Origin: Nitrospirota bacterium
GTDB taxonomy: Bacteria; Nitrospirota; Thermodesulfovibrionia; Thermodesulfovibrionales; JdFR-86
Assembly (NCBI GenBank): GCA_963721805.1
Contig: CAVRJY010000002.1
Location: 128,001-192,000, forward strand
DNA: 64,000 nt
Direction: 5' to 3'
The notes under the pieces were generated by a model. It was not told where the DNA came from and did not search any database. It worked only from the letters and a program-made list of their open reading frames with translations. The position numbers and the translations under genes are program-made. Below are positions 57,738 through 64,000 of this stretch, one piece after another. Each line of letters begins with the position of its first letter. Within the stretch, counting starts at the first letter, position 1.

Positions 57738-58646
57738 TTGGAGCAGCAAAACAGCCAAGGGTACGCTCCCCCGGAAGCGGACACCGAGGATTTCACCAAG
57801 GCCCTCCTGAACATCCTAGAGGACTCTTCGGACGAGAAGTCCGGGCTCGAGGACATGCAGCGCGCGATGCTGAACATCCTCGATGATTTCGACGTTGAGC
57901 GCATAAAGGTGGAGGCCGCCAACCGCGAGCTTCAGGAATCGTTCGAATCGCTGCGCGTGGCGAAGGAGGCGGCCGAGGCCTCCTCGCGCGAGATCGAGGC
58001 CTTCAGCTACTCGGTATCTCACGACCTGCGCGCCCCGCTTAGGAGCGTATCTGGCTTCAGCCAGCTCCTGCTCGCGGATTATGCCGAGAGGCTCGACGAG
58101 GAGGGCAGGGATTACCTCAGGCGCATGATGGCCGCCGCCGAAAAAATGGGCGTGCTCATCGACGACCTCCTGAAGCTCTCGAGGGTCTCGAGGGCCGCTA
58201 TGGAGCGCGAGATGGTCGACCTGAGCGCGATAGCCAGAAAGGTCTTCGATAATCTCGCGGCCCTGAACCCCGCAAGACAGGTCGAGACCGTCATCGCGGA
58301 CGGTCTGAAGGTTAGCGGTGACGCGCGGCTGCTGACGATAGCACTGGAGAACCTCCTGGGCAATGCATGGAAGTTCACGGAAAGGCGCGACAAGGCGGTC
58401 ATAGAGTTCGGGGTTGATTATTGCGATGACGAGAGGGTATTTTTCATTAAGGACAACGGAGCGGGCTTCGACATGACGTACGTGGGCAAGCTCTTCAACC
58501 CCTTCCAGCGGCTGCACAAGGCCGAGGAGTTTCAGGGCACGGGCATCGGGCTCGCGACCGTAAAGAGGATCATCGACCGCCACGGCGGCCGTGTATGGAT
58601 AGCCGGGGAGGTTGGGACGGGAACGGTAGTCTATTTCACGCTGTAA
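57738..58646 (+). CDS. Histidine kinase (HisKA)
   Basis: FSYSVSHDLRAPLR, NLLGNAWKF, DNGAGF, GTGIGLA. Confidence 0.92.
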   Translation: MEQQNSQGYAPPEADTEDFTKALLNILEDSSDEKSGLEDMQRAMLNILDDFDVERIKVEAANRELQESFESLRVAKEAAEASSREIEAFSYSVSHDLRAPLRSVSGFSQLLLADYAERLDEEGRDYLRRMMAAAEKMGVLIDDLLKLSRVSRAAMEREMVDLSAIARKVFDNLAALNPARQVETVIADGLKVSGDARLLTIALENLLGNAWKFTERRDKAVIEFGVDYCDDERVFFIKDNGAGFDMTYVGKLFNPFQRLHKAEEFQGTGIGLATVKRIIDRHGGRVWIAGEVGTGTVVYFTL

Positions 58647-58670
58647 AGAATAAAGGGGAGGAATACTAAC

Positions 58671-59102
58671 ATGAATACTAAGAAGATTCTCTTGGTCGAG
58701 GACAACCCCGACGACGTGAAGCTCACGATGCGGGCGCTGAAGGACGCCAATATCGCAAACGAGGTCGTATTGGCCTCCGACGGGGTCGAGGCCATAGAAT
58801 ACCTCTTCGGCACCGGCAAATACGAGGGCCGCGACGCCAGCGTGCAGCCGCAGGTGATACTTTTAGACCTCAAGATGCCGCGGATGGACGGGATCGAGAC
58901 GCTCCAGCGCATACGCGCGGACGCCAGGACGAAGGTCCTGCCGGTGGTCATACTCACCACCTCCAACGAGGACCGCGACAGGCTCGAGAGCTACAAGCTC
59001 GGGGCCAACAGCTACATACGCAAGCCGGTGGACTTCACGCAGTTTGTCGAGGCGGTCAAGCAGTTGGGGCTTTACTGGCTCGTACTCAACGAGGCCCCTT
59101 GA
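58671..59102 (+). CDS. Single-domain response regulator (Rcp1-like)
   Basis: ILLVEDNPDD, LLDLKMP, LTTS, ANSYIRKPVD, YWL. Confidence 0.92.
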   Translation: MNTKKILLVEDNPDDVKLTMRALKDANIANEVVLASDGVEAIEYLFGTGKYEGRDASVQPQVILLDLKMPRMDGIETLQRIRADARTKVLPVVILTTSNEDRDRLESYKLGANSYIRKPVDFTQFVEAVKQLGLYWLVLNEAP

Positions 59103-60184
59103 TGGGGATGCCGCTTAGGGTGCTGATCGTCGAGGATTCCGAGGACGATACCTTATTACTGGTCCGCAAGCTCGGCAAGGAAGGCTTCGAGGTGCGGCAC
59201 GAGCGCGTCGAGACCGCCGATGAGATGAAAGCCGCCCTCGATGCCCGGCAGTGGGACCTGATTCTCTCGGATTACAGCCTGCCGCGCTTCAGCGGCCTAA
59301 ACGCGCTGGAGGTCCTGAAGCAGAGCGGGCTGGACCTGCCGTTCATCATCGTCTCGGGCACGATCGGCGAGGAGGTGGCCGTAGGCGCGATGAGGGCCGG
59401 GGCGAACGATTACGTCCTGAAGGGCAACCTCAAGAGGCTCATCCCCGCGATTAAGCGCGAACTGGGCGATGCGGTGCAGCGGCGCACCCGCAGGCAGGCA
59501 GAGGAGGAAAGCGCGAGGCTTCAGGAACAACTGAGGGAATCCCACAAGGCCGAGGCCGAACTCAAGGCATCGAACGAGGCCAAGACGATGATGCTCAAGG
59601 AGGTCCACCACAGGGTCAAGAACAACCTCATGGTGATACAGAGCCTCCTGTCGCTCCAGATGAGAAACATCGAGGACGAGAGATACCGCTCATCGTTTAA
59701 GGAGGCCATAGACAGGGTCAAGAGCATGACCCTGATCCATGAGAGGCTCCAAAGCTCAACGGACCTGAGGAACATCGAGGCCGTGGAGTATATCCGCAAC
59801 CTCTGTAACAAGCTCTTCCGCAACTATTGCACGGCAGGCATCGTCAGGCTCTCGTATGATCTTGAGGATTCCTCCATTGACGTTGACACGATGATACCGC
59901 TGGGGCTGATCCTCAACGAACTCGTCTCGAACGCCTCGAAGTACGCATTCGCGCCGGAGCGGGAGGGTACGCTCGTGATATCTTTAAAAAAACTCGGCGG
60001 CCGCGAGTATGAACTCGCGGTGAGGGACAACGGGATCGGGCTGCCGGAGGGCTTCGATATTGCGCGGCCGGCATCGCTGGGGCTCTCGATCGTGACCACG
60101 CTGGTCAAGCAGCTGGGCGGGGAGCTGAACGTCTCCGGCGATGGCGGGACGGAGTTCAGGATTCGGTTTAAGGACGCGGGCTGA
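59102..60184 (+). CDS. REC-HisKA_2 hybrid kinase
   Basis: VLIVEDSEDD REC domain; EVHHRVKNNL, NELVSNASKYAF. Confidence 0.9.
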   Translation: MGMPLRVLIVEDSEDDTLLLVRKLGKEGFEVRHERVETADEMKAALDARQWDLILSDYSLPRFSGLNALEVLKQSGLDLPFIIVSGTIGEEVAVGAMRAGANDYVLKGNLKRLIPAIKRELGDAVQRRTRRQAEEESARLQEQLRESHKAEAELKASNEAKTMMLKEVHHRVKNNLMVIQSLLSLQMRNIEDERYRSSFKEAIDRVKSMTLIHERLQSSTDLRNIEAVEYIRNLCNKLFRNYCTAGIVRLSYDLEDSSIDVDTMIPLGLILNELVSNASKYAFAPEREGTLVISLKKLGGREYELAVRDNGIGLPEGFDIARPASLGLSIVTTLVKQLGGELNVSGDGGTEFRIRFKDAG

Positions 60185-60294
60185 TCCACCCTGTAAGCCG
60201 CGGCGCACCGGCCTCATGCTGAATCCGTCACGCTTCGGCGCGATGAGCTTATAATAGTATCGATCCGTCCGCTGTCACCGATCAAGAAAGAACG

Positions 60295-61581
60295 ATGAAA
60301 CCCTGTTTATATAAGACGATAGCCTTAGCCATCGCCGCCGTCCTGACCCTCGGCGCACCGGCGTATGCGAGGGACTGGAGCATGCCTATCACGGTTGGGG
60401 CCGGGGGCAGCGCGGCCAGGATCACGCTTGGGATAGCCAACGGCGTGACGGCCTGGCATGATGCCGGCCGCGACCAGCCCAGACTGTTCAGGGGGGCGTC
60501 CATTGACGCGTATTTCCCGCGCCCGGGCTGGGGGGTGGTCGTCGCCGGGCAGGTGATAGCGGCATACCAGCGGGAGGGCCGCGGGAAGCCGCGCCAGGAG
60601 CATCACTTCGAGGTGATCAGCGCGCCGGGGACGGTCGAGCTTAGATGGGACATCTCCAAGGTGCCGCCCGGTATCCGTATGGGGCTCTATGACAGCGCGA
60701 CGGGGGCGGTTACGGACATGCGTTCGGTCTGGAGCACGCAGTTCTATGGCGGGAGCCAGCCCCACGGCTTTACGGTGATCGAGGACGATGGCGATCAGCC
60801 TGTGCCCGCGGCCCCCCGTTGGATAACCACGGCGATCTCCGCAAGGGACATCGCGCTCGGCTGGTCCGGGGACCCGGTGGCCGACCTCGGCGGGTACAAG
60901 CTGTACGTCGGAACCAGGAGCGGGTCGTATGACCGCAGCATAGACCTCAAGGACGCCCAGAGCTACACGTTTAAGCGCGGCGACGCAAGCGAGGTATATT
61001 ATCTGGCGCTCACCGCATACAACCAAGACGGTGACGAGAGCGAGCGCTCGCAGGAGGTCGTCTTCGGCCGGCCGCTCCCGGCTCTTACGGTGACAAAGAC
61101 CGGCCCCGGAGAGGTGACGGCAGCCACGGGCTCGCTCTCCTGGAGCGGGGCCACCGGCAGATCCGAGTATCCCGCGAATGCGCCGGTGACGCTCAGCGCG
61201 GCCGCCTCCGGCGGGTCGCATTTCGTCAGGTGGAAGGGATGCGAAAGCGCGAAGGGCGCAAGCTGCCGCGTGGTAATGAGCGGGGACAAGACCGTAACCG
61301 CCACGTTCAGCGCATGCAGCTCAAAGACGAGGCTGGACAGTTCGAACAAGCTGATAAACAGGGCGAGGCAGGAGATCAAGGTGGATGTGACGGACACCGG
61401 GGGCTGCGGCTGGACAGCTGCCAGCCACGCGGACTGGATAAAGGTCTCTCCGGCAAGCGGCGGGGAGGGCGGCGTGACCCTTACGGTGGATCAAAACAAC
61501 GCCGACGACCCGAGGATGGGCACCGTCTCAATCGGCAGCAGGACGTTTACGGTCGTTCAGACGGATACGGAGAGGCTCTAG
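60295..61581 (+). CDS. Secreted multi-domain protein (Fn3-like, InlB-B-like, BACON-like)
   Basis: Signal peptide ending AYA; DLGGYKLYVG...YYLALTAYN..G.ES; F.RW.GC...C; CGWTA...WI...R.GTV. Confidence 0.7.
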   Translation: MKPCLYKTIALAIAAVLTLGAPAYARDWSMPITVGAGGSAARITLGIANGVTAWHDAGRDQPRLFRGASIDAYFPRPGWGVVVAGQVIAAYQREGRGKPRQEHHFEVISAPGTVELRWDISKVPPGIRMGLYDSATGAVTDMRSVWSTQFYGGSQPHGFTVIEDDGDQPVPAAPRWITTAISARDIALGWSGDPVADLGGYKLYVGTRSGSYDRSIDLKDAQSYTFKRGDASEVYYLALTAYNQDGDESERSQEVVFGRPLPALTVTKTGPGEVTAATGSLSWSGATGRSEYPANAPVTLSAAASGGSHFVRWKGCESAKGASCRVVMSGDKTVTATFSACSSKTRLDSSNKLINRARQEIKVDVTDTGGCGWTAASHADWIKVSPASGGEGGVTLTVDQNNADDPRMGTVSIGSRTFTVVQTDTERL

Positions 61582-61733
61582 GGCCGGCCGGGCCGCCACT
61601 ATTTTTTAACCGCATGGCAACGGGGGTGCTTCGATATTTTTTGTTGGCGGGCCTCGGCGCATCCATCCCCGGTTTCCGCGCGGATATCGGCCAATTTTTT
61701 CGGCGCATAAAAGAAATATGTTAAATTATTGGC

Positions 61734-63551
61734 ATGGGCGAGGCTTCGAATGGTGAAGGGAAAGACCATGTCAGTCAGGGCGGCAACGATAAAGCATTCA
61801 ACCTCACGCAGGAGCCGCCGTCAAGTGTAAGCCCGCAAGGGGCTTCTTCAATTAACAGGCTTGTCCCGGTCCTCGCAGTGCTGCTTGTCTCATTTGCGGT
61901 ATATGTCAATGCCCTTTCCGGCGATTTCGTGTATGACGATACGCATCAGGTGCTCGAAAATCCCTGGATTAAAGACATTGGCAACATACCGGAGATCTTC
62001 TCGAAAAACGTCTGGGGTTTCCGGTCGGCCTCGTACGTCTCGAACTATTACAGGCCGCTGATGCACATCGTCTATATGTTCGATTACGGGTTTTCAGGCC
62101 TGAACCCCTGGGGGTTTCATCTGATCAATCTCCTGTTTCATTGCGGGGTATCGGTCCTCGTATTTTTGACCATACGGGAGCTGTTTGGCGGCGAGTCAGC
62201 GCCGTCTTCCTACCGTTCGCCGCCGCTGGTCGCCGCGATGCTGTTTGCCGCGCACCCCATCCACGCCGAGGCGGTTGCCTGGATCGCCGGGCTGCCGGAC
62301 CTGGGATTTACGTTTTTCTTCCTGCTCTCGTTCTATTTCCATATCAGGTCGAGGGCCGTGTTTTCGGTCAGCTATTGGATATCCGTTGCGTGCTATGCCG
62401 TTGCGGCCCTGTTTAAGGAACCGGCCCTGACCCTGCCCGCGATCCTTTTTGCGTACGATTACGCATTCCGTAGTCAACGGCCCCGTCTCGCGGATTATGC
62501 GAAGCAATATGCGCCCTACATGGCGGTCGCGATCGGCTATCTCGTACTGAGGGTCCATGCCCTCGGAGGGTTCGCTCCGAAGGTGAAGCCTGCTGCCCTG
62601 AGCGCTTATCAGTATGCCATAAACGTATTCCCGCTCTTTATCCAGTATCTCGGAAAACTCCTGCTTCCGCTGGATCTCAATGCCTATTATGTCTTTCACC
62701 CGATCTCGTCGCTTGGTGAATTGAAGGGCGCGCTTTCCCTGGCGGCCACGGCGGTATTTGCGGTCCTCTTTGCCGTGGCCATGAAAAAAAGCAGGGTGGC
62801 CTTCCTGGGCCTCGTGTTCCTCACAGTCCCGCTCCTCCCGGCGCTTTACATCCCCGCGCTGGGCGCTAATGCCTTCACCGAGAGATACCTTTACCTTCCC
62901 TCCTTTGGGTACGTGCTGATACTCGCGAGCCTGCTGTCTTTGGCCAATAAGAAGCTGCCGCGGGCGGGCGCGGCTGTCGCGATAGCCCTTATTGCGGTAG
63001 CGGGTTTATATGCAGTTGGGACCGTACGGAGAAATACGCTCTGGAAGGATAATGTCAGCCTATGGACTGATACGGTCATGAAGTCGCCCGACAGCGCGGT
63101 GGCCCATGACGAGCTAGGCGCCGCATACAAAGCCCAGGGCCGGCTCGATAGGGCCGTGGCGGAATTCCAGATCGCCCTAAGGCTCGAGCCCTCATTCGCG
63201 TTTGCGTATAATAATCTCGGCGCCGCGTACAAATCCCAAGGACGGCTCGACAGTGCTGTGGAGGCCTATCAGGCAGCCCTGCGGCTGGAGCCCGATTCAG
63301 CGGACACCCATTACAACCTCGGCAACGCATACGCGTCTCAGGGCCGGCCGGACATGGCGGCGGCTGAGTTTCAGGCGTCATTGCGGTTGCATCCAGATTT
63401 CGCATGGGCCCATTATAACCTCGGCCTCGCATACGAATCCGAGGGCCGTCCGGATATGGCGGCCGAAGAATTCCGCACGGCATTGAGGCTGAAGCCCGAT
63501 AGCTATAAGGCGCTGCAGAGCCTCAACGATATCCTTTCAAGGCGGCGCTAA
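61734..63551 (+). CDS. TMTC-like multi-TM glycosyltransferase with TPR repeats
   Basis: FVYDD, YYRPL, HPIHAEAV.WI, ERYLYLPS; C-terminal TPRs (YNNLG/HYNLG). Confidence 0.82.
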   Translation: MGEASNGEGKDHVSQGGNDKAFNLTQEPPSSVSPQGASSINRLVPVLAVLLVSFAVYVNALSGDFVYDDTHQVLENPWIKDIGNIPEIFSKNVWGFRSASYVSNYYRPLMHIVYMFDYGFSGLNPWGFHLINLLFHCGVSVLVFLTIRELFGGESAPSSYRSPPLVAAMLFAAHPIHAEAVAWIAGLPDLGFTFFFLLSFYFHIRSRAVFSVSYWISVACYAVAALFKEPALTLPAILFAYDYAFRSQRPRLADYAKQYAPYMAVAIGYLVLRVHALGGFAPKVKPAALSAYQYAINVFPLFIQYLGKLLLPLDLNAYYVFHPISSLGELKGALSLAATAVFAVLFAVAMKKSRVAFLGLVFLTVPLLPALYIPALGANAFTERYLYLPSFGYVLILASLLSLANKKLPRAGAAVAIALIAVAGLYAVGTVRRNTLWKDNVSLWTDTVMKSPDSAVAHDELGAAYKAQGRLDRAVAEFQIALRLEPSFAFAYNNLGAAYKSQGRLDSAVEAYQAALRLEPDSADTHYNLGNAYASQGRPDMAAAEFQASLRLHPDFAWAHYNLGLAYESEGRPDMAAEEFRTALRLKPDSYKALQSLNDILSRRR

Positions 63552-63731
63552 CGCGCATTGACGAGCATTTCGGGACGGCCGTCCGGGCCCGGAAATTATC
63601 GCGCCCATTCCCGCAATTTGACAAAACCGCATTGAAAGCTGATTATAGTAGTGGCTTTTTTGTTCTTTCAAGATGGAGGGCAGATTGACGACCGGTTTTG
63701 ACGCGCCTTCGCTGGAGGGCGCGGGGATATA

Positions 63732-64000
63732 ATGGATTTCTGGGACATGTTCGCAACCCCCCTGGGGCTGGCCTACGCCTCTACCTCCTTCCTTATCCTC
63801 GTGATGCTGACCGCCGGGGCGATGCGCAGGTGGCAGTCCGCGATGGTGCCCGTGACGTTCGCGCTGGCCGCGCTCGCATCGGCCGGGGCGGTGGCGGCCG
63901 GGGTATGGACCGTAGCGACCGGCAGCGTCGAGCGCATGGTCCTGCCGATGGGGCTCCCCTCGCTGCAGTTCCACCTGAGGCTCGACCCGCTGGCCGGGTT
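63732..64000 (+). CDS. HyfB-like antiporter-type membrane subunit, N-terminal part (runs off the window)
   Basis: Open hydrophobic frame ending LPMGLPSLQFHLRLDPLAG. Confidence 0.6.
   Translation, partial: MDFWDMFATPLGLAYASTSFLILVMLTAGAMRRWQSAMVPVTFALAALASAGAVAAGVWTVATGSVERMVLPMGLPSLQFHLRLDPLAG

Noticed and set aside
57139..58646. PAS gene and kinase as one frameshifted gene
   Set aside because: The kinase has its own purine-rich RBS and TTG start just after a clean stop.

Overview
GC-rich bacterial chromosomal segment, tentatively Nitrospirota/deltaproteobacteria-like (inferred from gene content only). Housekeeping loci: tRNA-Leu(CAG), cysE-cysS fusion/rlmB, bioA, partial T2SS (gspF plus pseudopilins), glgB, atpB-atpE, gap-pgk, tgt, leuA/leuC, der, and hrcA-grpE-dnaK-dnaJ-rsmE with a perfect CIRCE. 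These are interspersed with many signalling genes (four HisKA_2-type kinases, three GGDEF proteins, a heme-c-motif HD-GYP). Main observations: (1) a Tat-signal ORF (309-1166) interrupted by one in-frame UGA followed by a SECIS-like hairpin, a candidate Cys-free selenoprotein of a family I do not recognise; (2) six copies of a ~123-bp covarying hairpin element with a GGTCAACGGCAT tail, two inverted pairs of which bracket AT-rich cargo; (3) short direct repeats flanking cassette-like genes; (4) many start codons 5-7 nt after a -10 hexamer, suggesting leaderless mRNAs. Seven single-base frameshifts in six genes, including the essential der, are most likely sequencing errors.
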